From assembly GCA_963966315.1 (NCBI GenBank), contig CAWZYX010000002.1:36295-100294 (forward strand): DNA of 64,000 nt, read 5' to 3'. The stretch is from an uncultured Winogradskyella sp. (lineage in GTDB: Bacteria > Bacteroidota > Bacteroidia > Flavobacteriales > Flavobacteriaceae). Shown piece after piece: positions 22,323-31,288 of the stretch. A program made the translations under genes and the position numbers. Positions within the stretch are counted from its first letter, which is position 1. Each line of letters begins with the position of its first letter. The notes below the pieces were generated by a model that was given only the letters and a program-made list of their open reading frames with translations, was not told the DNA's origin and searched no databases.

Positions 22323-22335
22323 TGTAGTCCTCATT

Positions 22336-22503
22336 TTTAATTAGAACCCAATTGTGCTAAGGCATTGTAGTACACTTCGTCCTGAAAGGCTCCAAGTAAT
22401 ACAAATACCGATTTTACAAAAAATACCAGGAACAGAGCTACGGCTACAAGTGTAATTACGTCGAAGATCCTCTTTTCCCGAAATGAGTTACTGATTGATT
22501 TCA
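22336..22503 (-). CDS. Unlisted small ORF (about 55 aa) encoding a hydrophobic single-TM peptide
   Basis: Reverse-strand translation gives MKSISNSFREKRIFDVITLVAVALFLVFFVKSVFVLLGAFQDEVYYNALAQLGSN. It is below the 60-aa cutoff of the ORF track. It sits between the atpC terminator and the LexA-like gene. Coordinates are approximate. Confidence 0.3.
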
Positions 22504-22573
22504 TGACCCCTGATTTTGTTAGTTATGGTATGAAGGTACAAAATAATTAACAATATTTTAAGATTTATAACGA

Positions 22574-23350
22574 TTAATTAATCTGTACGCCTTTGATCTG
22601 CTCCAATTCCACCTTCAGTTCCTGGAACATATTAACAATACTACTCAGCTTTAATTCCTTCTCGTCGTACTCTTGAGTGTTGATGCAGCAGGTAAACTCC
22701 CATAGCTCCAAAACAGCCGATCTAGGTACCAGATAAGGTTGATAGGATTTATTGTCTGAGCTCAGCAGCAGATGGGTTTCGTTATCTTCGGGAAGGTACA
22801 CGCGTTTATATACCAGCCCATCTTCTTTGGTGAGCACAATATAAGTTCTGCCGTTTTTAAGATCTCTGATGTCCTCCAGAAATTTAGCTACTACAAAAGC
22901 TCCGTCCTTTACAGGCAACATAGAATCCCCTTTGATTGGAAAAGCCCTGTGGGTACCTGTCGGCAGGAACGGAAGTTTGATCTTTTGCAGTTGTTCTATG
23001 TACTCCGGATCGTCGTAACCCGCCAGATATCCGGCAGAAGCCTTTGCCGGAATGATCTCAATAAGATCTTCATTATTCTCATTGACGGTAACAGGAAATA
23101 ACACGCGCTTGTTTCCTACTTCAATGAAAGAAGTATCCTTGGCCAAACGCAGGTCTTTTCGCACCAGAATATCAATAGGTATGTTAAAGTAATTGGACAG
23201 GTCGATCAGTCGCTCTATAGGAGGCTCGGACCTGCCCTCTTCGTAGGAGCCTACCATTGATCGTGACCACCCCAACTCATCTGCAAAACGCTCCTGAGAC
23301 AGTTGCTTCAAATTTCTAAGATGTCTGATGTTTACCTGAATGGGTTTCAT
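22574..23350 (-). CDS. XRE-type HTH / peptidase S24 (LexA/CI-like) autocleavable transcriptional repressor
   Basis: 258 aa. N-terminal HTH_XRE (LSQERFADELGWSRSMVGSYEEGRSEP). C-terminal S24 domain with the catalytic Ser in IKGDSMLP and a downstream Lys (VYKRV). Divergent from the dnaE2 gene. Confidence 0.8.
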   Translation of the reverse strand: MKPIQVNIRHLRNLKQLSQERFADELGWSRSMVGSYEEGRSEPPIERLIDLSNYFNIPIDILVRKDLRLAKDTSFIEVGNKRVLFPVTVNENNEDLIEIIPAKASAGYLAGYDDPEYIEQLQKIKLPFLPTGTHRAFPIKGDSMLPVKDGAFVVAKFLEDIRDLKNGRTYIVLTKEDGLVYKRVYLPEDNETHLLLSSDNKSYQPYLVPRSAVLELWEFTCCINTQEYDEKELKLSSIVNMFQELKVELEQIKGVQIN

Positions 23351-23371
23351 AAATGAAATACTTTAACACGG

Positions 23372-23410
23372 TTTACTACAAATATAAGCAATACTTACTA
23401 CATATAGTAG
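23372..23410. promoter_or_regulatory. Candidate operator: tandem TTACTACA(A/T)ATA repeats plus a short inverted repeat in the lexA-like/dnaE2 divergent region
   Basis: TTTACTACAAATATA at 23372-23386 and CTTACTACATATAGTAG at 23394-23410 (CTAC..GTAG arms). Lies immediately upstream of the -7 box at 23412. Confidence 0.35.
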
Positions 23411-23411
23411 T

Positions 23412-23419
23412 TATTTTTG
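23412..23419 (+). promoter_or_regulatory. Bacteroidetes-type -7 promoter box (TATTTTTG) for dnaE2
   Basis: Matches TAnnTTTG. Lies 9 bp upstream of the ATG at 23428 (MYLNCHTYFSL...). This implies a leaderless or very short-leader transcript and supports the internal Met as the true start. Confidence 0.45.
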
Positions 23420-23427
23420 TTTTCCCA

Positions 23428-26400
23428 ATGTATTTAAACTGTCACACATACTTCAGCCTGCGTTACGGCACGATCAAACCAGAACAGCTGCTGGCCATTG
23501 CTTCAAAAAACGGTGTAAACACTCTGGCTTTGACGGACATTAACAGTACTTCTGCCTGTCTTGATCTAATGCGACTTTCTAAGAAATACAAGGTGAAACC
23601 GGTACTGGGAGTGGATTTTAGAAATAAGGCAGAGCAACAATTCATCCTTATTGCCAAAAACAACCATGGATTTCAAAATATAAACAGATATCTGTCTGAG
23701 CTTCTGCACCATCAGGATTTAAAAATTCCAGAGCGTCCGGAAGTCGTTTTAGAAGGCTGCTATGTTATTTACCCCTACCAAAAGGGTAAAGATTTTCACC
23801 TTGGGCCACAGGAGTTCTTAGGCATCAGTCCCAAAGACCTCAACCAGCTAAAGTTTTCCAAGTGGAATCAGTACCGCAATAAACTAGTAGTGCTAAAAAC
23901 AGTTTCCTTTCAGGACAAAAAGGGGTTTAATACACACAGACTTTTGCGTGCTATTGACAACAATACGTTGTTGAGCAAACTCCCCAAATCAGAAGAGGGG
24001 CGGCCCGACGACATTATGCTCCCTTATGAAGAACTGTATCAGCAGTACACTGATTTTCCTGAACTCATAAAGAACAGCAATGCTTTGCTCGATCGTTGTA
24101 ACACTTATTTCGATTTTGAAAGTAACATCCCAAAAAATCAGCGTTTCTATACCAACAATGCAGCGCTGGATTTCAGGCTACTTAAAAAGCTGAGCTATGA
24201 CGGGTTGCATTACCGTTACAAAAAACCGGGAGTGCGCATTTTTAACCGTATTGAAAAAGAGCTGCACATCATCAAAGAAAAAGGCTTTGTTTCTTATTTC
24301 CTGATCAATTGGAAGATATTGAAATACGCCCGAAGCAAAGGTTATTTCTACGTAGGTCGTGGTAGTGGTGCTAATAGCATCATCGCTTATTTACTGCGCA
24401 TTACCGATGTAGACCCTGTAGAACTGGACCTGTATTTCGAACGCTTCATTAATCTCTTTCGCACCAATCCGCCTGATTTTGACATTGATTTCTCCTGGAC
24501 AGACCGGGACGACATTACACAGTTTATTTTTAAGCGTTTTAAGCACACTGCCCTACTCACTGTCTACAATACCTTTAAATTCAGAGCGTCCATTCGGGAA
24601 CTAGGAAAGGTTTTTGGATTGCCAAAATCTGAAATGGATCTGCTCACGAGAGGCAAGTATAAGGTCAATCAGCTAGACAAGCTCTCCAGACTAGTTGTTT
24701 ATTACAGCACTTACATCGAAGGGTTTCCCAATTACTTAGGCATTCACGCCGGAGGCATCCTTATTTCAGAGCGTCCCATACATTATTATACCGCCACTTT
24801 TATGCCTCCTAAAGGCTTCCCTACCACACAGTTTGATATGATGGTTGCCGAAGATATTGGTCTCTATAAATTTGATATCCTAAGCCAGCGTGGTTTGGGA
24901 AAAATCAAAGAGGCTAGGGAAATTATTGCTTATAACCACCCAAAGCTTCCGCCTGTAGACATTCACGATATCAAGCGTTTTAAAAAGGATCCACGCATCA
25001 AAAACCTGCTCAGACGTGCCAAAGCCATTGGCTGCTTTTACGTGGAGTCGCCTGCCATGCGCATGCTACTTACCAAACTGCAGGTAGACAATTATCTGGG
25101 GTTGGTAGCGGCCAGTTCGGTCATCAGGCCGGGAGTCTCCAAATCGGGTATGATGCGTGAGTACATTTTGCGCTACCGCTACCCGGAACGACGAAAGGAA
25201 GCACATCCTGTGCTTATGGACATCATGCCTGAGACCTATGGAGTCATGGTCTATCAGGAAGATGTGATTAAAGTAGCTCATCATTTTGGAGGTTTAACCC
25301 TGGGTGAAGCCGATATGCTGCGTCGTGGCATGTCCGGTAAATTTCGCTCCAGAGAAGAGTTCTTAAAGGTAAAACAGCGATTCTTTGACAATTGCAGGAA
25401 AGCAGGGAAACCCGAAGATCTCACTAAAGAGGTCTGGCGCCAGATCGAAAGTTTTGCCGGTTATGCCTTTGCCAAAGGCCACTCAGCCTCTTATGCTGTA
25501 GAAAGCTACCAAAGCCTCTATTTGAAAGCGTATTTCCCTTTGGAATACATGGTAGCCACCATTAATAATTACGGAGGGTTTTACCGTACCGAATTTTACG
25601 TACACGAAGCTCGCATGCACGGCGCACAGATCGAAGCGCCTTGCATCAATACCAGTTCAAACGATACTGTTATTAAAGGTACCACCATCTATCTGGGATT
25701 TAAATTTCTACAATCTCTGGAATCTAAAACCATTCAATCCCTTTTAGATGAGCGCCACCGCGCAGGTGCTTATAAAAGCCTGGACGACTTTATTGAACGT
25801 GTTCCCATCTCAATAGAGCAGATAAGTATTCTTATTAAGATCGATGCGTTTAGATTTACTCAATTTCATAAACGTGAATTGCTCTGGGAGGCTCATTTAA
25901 AGATTGGGAAGACTGTAAGTGAAGAACGCCGGATGACCCTCTTTAAAAGCGAAGGGGTTAACTACAGAACGCCGGAACTACCCAGTACGGCTTTAGAGAA
26001 TGCCTTTGATCAGATAGAGCTTTTGGGTTATCCCTTGTGTAACCCCTTTCAGCTCTTAAAAACCCCCTCTTCCAATACCATGAGAGCTAAGGCCCTAAAG
26101 CACTTTGAAAAAAGACAGGTAACTATTGAAGGATATCTGGTCACTACCAAAACCACCTCTACCTCTAAACGCGAAGTAATGTTCTTTGGCACCTTTTTAG
26201 ACCGCGACGGAGATTTTATAGATACCGTACATTTTCCTCCGGTAGCTGCTAAATATCCGTTCAGAGGAAAGGGAATTTACAAAATAACCGGAACCGTCCT
26301 TATAGAGTTTGACTGTATCAATATAGAAGTATCTGAACTGGAACACCTGGCAGTTATAGAAGATCCCAGATATGCTGACGAAACCCCATTGGCCTCATGA
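23428..26400 (+). CDS. dnaE2: Error-prone DNA polymerase (DnaE2/ImuC-like Pol III alpha homolog)
   Basis: PHP domain at the N-terminus (LNCHTYFSLRYGTIKPEQLLAIASKNGVNTLALTDINS), Pol III alpha catalytic core, and an OB-fold-like C-terminus. About 990 aa from the corrected start. The ORF table lists 23353 as the start, but the upstream 25 codons overlap the promoter and operator. Confidence 0.85.
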   Translation: MYLNCHTYFSLRYGTIKPEQLLAIASKNGVNTLALTDINSTSACLDLMRLSKKYKVKPVLGVDFRNKAEQQFILIAKNNHGFQNINRYLSELLHHQDLKIPERPEVVLEGCYVIYPYQKGKDFHLGPQEFLGISPKDLNQLKFSKWNQYRNKLVVLKTVSFQDKKGFNTHRLLRAIDNNTLLSKLPKSEEGRPDDIMLPYEELYQQYTDFPELIKNSNALLDRCNTYFDFESNIPKNQRFYTNNAALDFRLLKKLSYDGLHYRYKKPGVRIFNRIEKELHIIKEKGFVSYFLINWKILKYARSKGYFYVGRGSGANSIIAYLLRITDVDPVELDLYFERFINLFRTNPPDFDIDFSWTDRDDITQFIFKRFKHTALLTVYNTFKFRASIRELGKVFGLPKSEMDLLTRGKYKVNQLDKLSRLVVYYSTYIEGFPNYLGIHAGGILISERPIHYYTATFMPPKGFPTTQFDMMVAEDIGLYKFDILSQRGLGKIKEAREIIAYNHPKLPPVDIHDIKRFKKDPRIKNLLRRAKAIGCFYVESPAMRMLLTKLQVDNYLGLVAASSVIRPGVSKSGMMREYILRYRYPERRKEAHPVLMDIMPETYGVMVYQEDVIKVAHHFGGLTLGEADMLRRGMSGKFRSREEFLKVKQRFFDNCRKAGKPEDLTKEVWRQIESFAGYAFAKGHSASYAVESYQSLYLKAYFPLEYMVATINNYGGFYRTEFYVHEARMHGAQIEAPCINTSSNDTVIKGTTIYLGFKFLQSLESKTIQSLLDERHRAGAYKSLDDFIERVPISIEQISILIKIDAFRFTQFHKRELLWEAHLKIGKTVSEERRMTLFKSEGVNYRTPELPSTALENAFDQIELLGYPLCNPFQLLKTPSSNTMRAKALKHFEKRQVTIEGYLVTTKTTSTSKREVMFFGTFLDRDGDFIDTVHFPPVAAKYPFRGKGIYKITGTVLIEFDCINIEVSELEHLAVIEDPRYADETPLAS

Positions 26401-27614
26401 ATGAAAACCGTTCCATCGTACACATGGACTTGGATACGTTTTTCGTGTCCTGCGAACGACGTTTAGACAGCCGTCTCAATGGTAAACCTATTCTTATTGG
26501 AGGTACCAGCGATCGTGGGGTAGTGGCTTCCTGCAGTTACGAAGCCCGTAAGTTTGGTGTGCATTCTGCCATGCCCATGCGTATGGCCAGGCAGCTGTGT
26601 CCCGAAGCCATAGTCTTAAGAGGCAATTCAGGAGTCTATACAAGGTTCTCTAAAGAAGTCACAGACGTTATTAAAGAAAGTGTGCCTCTTTATGAGAAAT
26701 CGTCCATTGATGAATTTTATATCGACCTCACGGGCATGGACAAGTTTTTTGGCTGCCATAAACTAGCCTCAGAACTCAGACAACGCATCATAAAAGAGAC
26801 CGGATTGCCAATCTCCTTTGGCCTGTCTGTTAATAAAACCGTATCTAAGATTGCTACCGGAGAAGCCAAACCCAATAACGAAATCAGAATACCCAGGGGT
26901 ACTGAAAAACCATTCCTGGCTCCTCTGTCGGTTAAAAAAATTCCCATGGTGGGTAAAGTAACCTATAAATCCTTATGCGATCTAGGCATCAAACGCATTA
27001 AAACGGTTCAGGAAATGCCTATGGATTTGATGCATAAAGTATTGGGTAAAAACGGTTTGTTTATCTGGAAGAAGGCTAACGGCATCGATAATAATCCTGT
27101 TATACAATACCATGAACGCAAATCCATTTCTACCGAACGCACCTTTGGTCAGGATACTACCGATATGCACAAATTAAAAGGACTCGTGGTAGCGATGACA
27201 GAAAATCTGGCTTATCAGCTGCGTCGAGGTAATAAGTTAACAGCCTGTGTTACCTTTAAAATACGTTATTCTGATTTTCAAACCTATACCCAGCAAAAGC
27301 GCATCCCCTACAGCGCCATGGACCACAACCTTATCCCTGTAGTACTGGAACTTTTTAATAAACTCTATCATCGAAGGTTGCTTGTACGGCTCATTGGTGT
27401 TCGCTTTAGTCATTTGGTAGAGGGAGGCCATCAGATCAATTTATTTGAAGACAACGAAGTGCACCTTAACCTGGCCCAGGCCATCGATAAGATGCGGGAA
27501 CGGTATGGTGATCGGGCAGTGATCAGCGCAGCAGGAATGGAAGCTAAAACCATCAGCCGCTGGAACCCTTTCACAGGAGAACCACCGCCACTTCTGGCCA
27601 ACAGACATCAGTAA
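26397..27614 (+). CDS. dinB: Y-family DNA polymerase (DinB/Pol IV-like, catalytic residues intact)
   Basis: 405 aa. HMDLDTFFVSCE (catalytic Asp pair) and SIDEFYIDLTG (Asp-Glu) are conserved, so it is not an inactive ImuB. Start overlaps the dnaE2 stop by 4 nt (ATGA), so the two are translationally coupled. Confidence 0.85.
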   Translation: MNENRSIVHMDLDTFFVSCERRLDSRLNGKPILIGGTSDRGVVASCSYEARKFGVHSAMPMRMARQLCPEAIVLRGNSGVYTRFSKEVTDVIKESVPLYEKSSIDEFYIDLTGMDKFFGCHKLASELRQRIIKETGLPISFGLSVNKTVSKIATGEAKPNNEIRIPRGTEKPFLAPLSVKKIPMVGKVTYKSLCDLGIKRIKTVQEMPMDLMHKVLGKNGLFIWKKANGIDNNPVIQYHERKSISTERTFGQDTTDMHKLKGLVVAMTENLAYQLRRGNKLTACVTFKIRYSDFQTYTQQKRIPYSAMDHNLIPVVLELFNKLYHRRLLVRLIGVRFSHLVEGGHQINLFEDNEVHLNLAQAIDKMRERYGDRAVISAAGMEAKTISRWNPFTGEPPPLLANRHQ

Positions 27615-27821
27615 TTAATGGTCCGTATGTTCCAGAATATCACCTGGCTGACAGTCTAGCGCCTTGCAAATAGCTTCCAGAGTGGAAAACCGGATCGCTT
27701 TAGCCTTACCTGTTTTCAGAATGGAAAGATTGGCATTTGTAATACCAACAGATTCTGCCAACTCATAACTCTTCATGCCTCTTTTGGCAAGCATTACATC
27801 CAAATTTACACGTATGGGCAT
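27615..27821 (-). CDS. Small XRE-family HTH transcriptional regulator (YozG-like)
   Basis: 68 aa. MLAKRGMKSYELAESVGITNANLSILKTGKAKAIRFSTLEAICKALDC is a classic HTH_XRE. 2-nt gap to the upstream membrane-protein gene. Confidence 0.8.
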   Translation of the reverse strand: MPIRVNLDVMLAKRGMKSYELAESVGITNANLSILKTGKAKAIRFSTLEAICKALDCQPGDILEHTDH

Positions 27822-27823
27822 AG

Positions 27824-28333
27824 CTATATGGTCAATTGGTTCTCCTCTTTTGCGTGTTTGGCAATTTTGAATATTTCCGACAGCACTTTAAAAAACAGTC
27901 CTAGACAGGCTATAAACAAATACGGCCAGAATCCAATTCCAATTACAATTTTACTACTAAAAAGCAACTGGTCTAAAAATGAAAAGAACAGACCAATTAA
28001 ACTGACAAGTACCAGATATCTGCCAATCTGATCGAAAATAAGGATCACCTTCTCATGGAAGGGTTTAGCCTTCATGAAATAACTCAGTGACTTTCTGAAC
28101 AGAAAAAAAGAATACACAGATAGTGCTGTGACTATATAAAGCACAACCATTCTGAAGATGATAGCGATCTTTGACCCCTCAAAGCCCATAAAATTTACTG
28201 AATCCATAGCGCTTAAAGATTCAGTCTTAAAAAAAGACAGCAAAAGAAAGACAGTGAGTAACAGCATCAATGGGATGCAACAGACAATCCATATAAAATC
28301 TACAATAGATTTAAGAACCACTAATTTTCTCAT
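27824..28333 (-). CDS. DUF2975-like multi-pass membrane protein (partner of the small XRE regulator)
   Basis: 169 aa. About 4 TM helices. The arrangement (membrane protein immediately upstream of a 68-aa HTH) is the widespread DUF2975/YozG pairing. Confidence 0.5.
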   Translation of the reverse strand: MRKLVVLKSIVDFIWIVCCIPLMLLLTVFLLLSFFKTESLSAMDSVNFMGFEGSKIAIIFRMVVLYIVTALSVYSFFLFRKSLSYFMKAKPFHEKVILIFDQIGRYLVLVSLIGLFFSFLDQLLFSSKIVIGIGFWPYLFIACLGLFFKVLSEIFKIAKHAKEENQLTI

Positions 28334-28528
28334 GACCAGATATATTATTGATGTTTAGACCTTCAAATATACAAAATTTATTGTTTTTCAATAATTTTTT
28401 ATTGTTTTATGATAATATTCCATGCAAAACATTTGCTATTTACTAATAGTGAGCTAGTTAAGTGCATTGAATAAAAGGCTTGAGAATTTGACCAAAAATA
28501 AATACTATCTTGCGCCAAAATTCTAGCT

Positions 28529-30352
28529 ATGGGTAAGAGTTTAGGACTCCATTTTTTGTTGTTATTTACATCCTTTCAAATCGCTTTTTCACAGAATTTT
28601 CCACAGCAAAAGCTAGACTCCATCACCATCACCTCAGCACGGATCGCCTTACCATTCAAAGAAAACTCAAGAACCATCAACATCCTTACTTCCGAGGACA
28701 TCAAAAAAAGTGCTGCTGTAAATGTGGCCGACCTGTTACAACAAGTAGCCGGAGTAGATATTAGAAGAAGAGGAACAGGAGGGAGTCAGGCAGATCTGTA
28801 CATTCGCGGAGGTGGATTTGATCAAACGCTTCTGTTAATTGACGGTGTGAAAATGGACGACGCACAGACTGGCCATCATTCTATGAATGCAGCACTTCCA
28901 ATCGAAGTGATCGAACGCATAGAAATAGTAAAAGGTCCGGCAGCCAGAGTATTTGGCCAAAACGCCTTTACGGGTGCTATTAATATCGTGACTAAAAAGA
29001 AACTGAACAACACCGTTTCTGCCAATCTTGAGACTGGATCGTTCCATCAACTCAACGCTAATGTGACTGCTGGCATAGACCTAGACCAATCCTCCCACAT
29101 CCTTCATGCCGGAAAGGTTAGTTCTGCCGGTTATCGGAACAATTCAGACTACGATAACTCCAACTACTTTTATAAAAGCACCTTTAACAAAGCATCCCTG
29201 CCTGTAGAAATGATGGCGACCTTTATGGAACGTCGGTTTGGAGCAGAGAACTTCTACACAAATAACCCCAGCTTCAACGAGTACGAAGAGACACAGACGA
29301 GCTTGGTGGCCTTTTCTACTATGTTACAAACGAACAGGCTTAAAATTCAACCCAGGGTTTACTGGAGACGAAATCAGGACATGTTTCTACTCAGACGGCA
29401 GGAACCAGCTTTTTTCAGGAATTTTCACATCACAAATAAAGTTGGTGCAGAAGCCAATGCTTCTTATGCCTCCAATCTGGGAATTACGGGGTTTGGGCTG
29501 GACCTTTCTCAGTATTACATCAGCAGTAATAATCTTGGTGATCGTCAGCGCTTTTTGGCCACCGTATTTCTGGAGCACAGATTCAATTTGCTGGACGGCA
29601 AACTCGACCTAACGCCAGGGGCAGCACTTACCTATTTCTCAGATTTTGACTCCAGGATCTTTCCCGGTCTGGACATAGGCTTTTCTATTAGTAGCGATTG
29701 GAGGGCATACGGAAATATTGGCTATACCTATAGAATTCCTACTTACACCGATTTGTTTTACAATGATCCTGTAACTACAGGAAATCCAAACCTGGAACCT
29801 GAAGAAGCTTTTGCTCAGGAGCTTGGTATTAAGTATCTGGGAAATCAGTTTTCCGTAACCCTTTCTGTATTTAACAGGGATTCAGAAAATCTGATTGATT
29901 ATGTCCGTGAGAGTGTTGAGGATGATGTATTTACGGCCACAAACATAAGAGAAGTAAACACACGCGGGTTAGAGTTTGACGCGGCTTATAATTTTAATAT
30001 TACTAACTACATTCAAACGCTGGCCTTGGGCTACTCCTACATTGAGGATGATATTTTTGAGCAAAATGAAGATTTATCGCGTTATTCACTTAACACCCTA
30101 AGGAATCAATTCACCAGTAGGCTTAGCACGCGTTTTCTTAAGAATCTTAGTCAGAACATCGTTTACAAGTTCGGACAGCGGAACAATGGAGATGACTTTA
30201 ATGTTCTGGACTTTTCCCTTGTATATTCCTTTAAAGACATGCAATTGACTGTGACGGCCACCAATATTTTGGACGAGGATTATATCGAAACAGGCTTTGT
30301 TCCAATGCCACCAAGCAATGTATTGTTTGGTTTCAGATACAATTTCCAGTAA
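28529..30352 (+). CDS. TonB-dependent outer-membrane receptor (BtuB-sized, about 600 aa)
   Basis: 607 aa. Signal peptide, a TonB-box-like segment, plug domain (DLYIRGGGFDQTLLLIDGVKMDD), and a barrel ending in ...RYNFQ. Confidence 0.85.
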   Translation: MGKSLGLHFLLLFTSFQIAFSQNFPQQKLDSITITSARIALPFKENSRTINILTSEDIKKSAAVNVADLLQQVAGVDIRRRGTGGSQADLYIRGGGFDQTLLLIDGVKMDDAQTGHHSMNAALPIEVIERIEIVKGPAARVFGQNAFTGAINIVTKKKLNNTVSANLETGSFHQLNANVTAGIDLDQSSHILHAGKVSSAGYRNNSDYDNSNYFYKSTFNKASLPVEMMATFMERRFGAENFYTNNPSFNEYEETQTSLVAFSTMLQTNRLKIQPRVYWRRNQDMFLLRRQEPAFFRNFHITNKVGAEANASYASNLGITGFGLDLSQYYISSNNLGDRQRFLATVFLEHRFNLLDGKLDLTPGAALTYFSDFDSRIFPGLDIGFSISSDWRAYGNIGYTYRIPTYTDLFYNDPVTTGNPNLEPEEAFAQELGIKYLGNQFSVTLSVFNRDSENLIDYVRESVEDDVFTATNIREVNTRGLEFDAAYNFNITNYIQTLALGYSYIEDDIFEQNEDLSRYSLNTLRNQFTSRLSTRFLKNLSQNIVYKFGQRNNGDDFNVLDFSLVYSFKDMQLTVTATNILDEDYIETGFVPMPPSNVLFGFRYNFQ

Positions 30353-30423
30353 AATTTACTCTGAATTTTAGAGCTACTGTAACAAAAACACAGGTTCTGC
30401 TACATATAATTCGAAAGGAATTA

Positions 30424-30558
30424 ATGCCAAAATGCTGTTATCTTAACAATAACGAGCTCCACTATTTTGGCCCAGCAAACCATCAACTCCTTCACCACAT
30501 TTCAAAAGTTAACCAGGTTCATGGATTATTTGAGCCAGTTTGTGAATGTGTGCACTGA
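30424..30558 (+). CDS. Unlisted small ORF (44 aa), Cys/His-rich peptide
   Basis: MPKCCYLNNNELHYFGPANHQLLHHISKVNQVHGLFEPVCECVH. Lies in the 294-bp intergenic region between the TonB receptor and the nfeD-like gene. No supporting homology can be assessed here. Confidence 0.2.
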   Translation: MPKCCYLNNNELHYFGPANHQLLHHISKVNQVHGLFEPVCECVH

Positions 30559-30646
30559 TAAAAAGTTCATCATTTTCTCTGGTAATGATTGGTAAATACC
30601 TTATTTCCATCGTACCTTTAATAGACTAATTAAAACACTTATCCTT

Positions 30647-31273
30647 ATGACGGAATGGTTTTCTAATCTAGATTTTTTATCTAAACTATATTGGTTAGTA
30701 GCACTCATAGGGTCTTTAGTATTCATCGTTGTATTGCTTATGGCTTTCTTAGGAGGGGATGCTGATGAAATTGGTGATATGGATACCGATATGAATACTG
30801 ATGTTGGCACTGGGTTTCAGTTTATAAGTTTCAAAAATTTGGTTGGGTTCTTTACCATATTTGGATGGTCTGGAATCGCTTGTATTGATGCCGGCTTGGG
30901 AACGATTCCCACAGTCTTTATCTCAGTGCTCTCCGGATTAGCCATGATGCTTATAATGGCAACACTTTTTTATTTTGTTTACAAGCTCAGTGACAGTGGT
31001 ACTTTAAACTATGACAATGCTATTGATGCTATAGGTGAAGTGTATCTGACTATAGGTGCAAATCGCTCTAAAATGGGAAAAGTAAGTGTTAACATTCAAG
31101 GATCTGTGCGAGAACTGGATGCGCTTACAGATTCGTATACTGAACTGAAGTCGGGCAGTATTATTAAGGTTATTGACGTTACTCAAAACGGAATCCTTAT
31201 CGTTGATCAAACCCTGAAACCCATTGAACCATTTCAGATTGATACTGAAGAACGCAAACAACTAAATGCTTAA
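30647..31273 (+). CDS. NfeD/YqiJ-like membrane protein with C-terminal OB-fold
   Basis: 208 aa. N-terminal TM helices, an acidic loop, and a C-terminal segment (GEVYLTIGANRSKMGKVSVNIQGSVRELDALTD...IKVIDVTQNGILIV) resembling the NfeD OB-fold. Immediately upstream of flotillin. Confidence 0.55.
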   Translation: MTEWFSNLDFLSKLYWLVALIGSLVFIVVLLMAFLGGDADEIGDMDTDMNTDVGTGFQFISFKNLVGFFTIFGWSGIACIDAGLGTIPTVFISVLSGLAMMLIMATLFYFVYKLSDSGTLNYDNAIDAIGEVYLTIGANRSKMGKVSVNIQGSVRELDALTDSYTELKSGSIIKVIDVTQNGILIVDQTLKPIEPFQIDTEERKQLNA

Positions 31274-31288
31274 ATTAAACTCTTACCA

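Noticed and set aside
23353-23427. Upstream 25 codons of the listed dnaE2 ORF (MKYFNTVYYKYKQYLLHIVVIFVFP)
   Set aside because: This segment overlaps the candidate operator and the TATTTTTG -7 box. The PHP domain begins right after the internal Met at 23428, so that Met is the more likely start.
28334-28528. Possible cobalamin riboswitch upstream of the BtuB-sized TonB receptor
   Set aside because: No B12-box (GCCACTG-like) or conserved riboswitch stem pattern is visible. The region is simply AT-rich promoter sequence.
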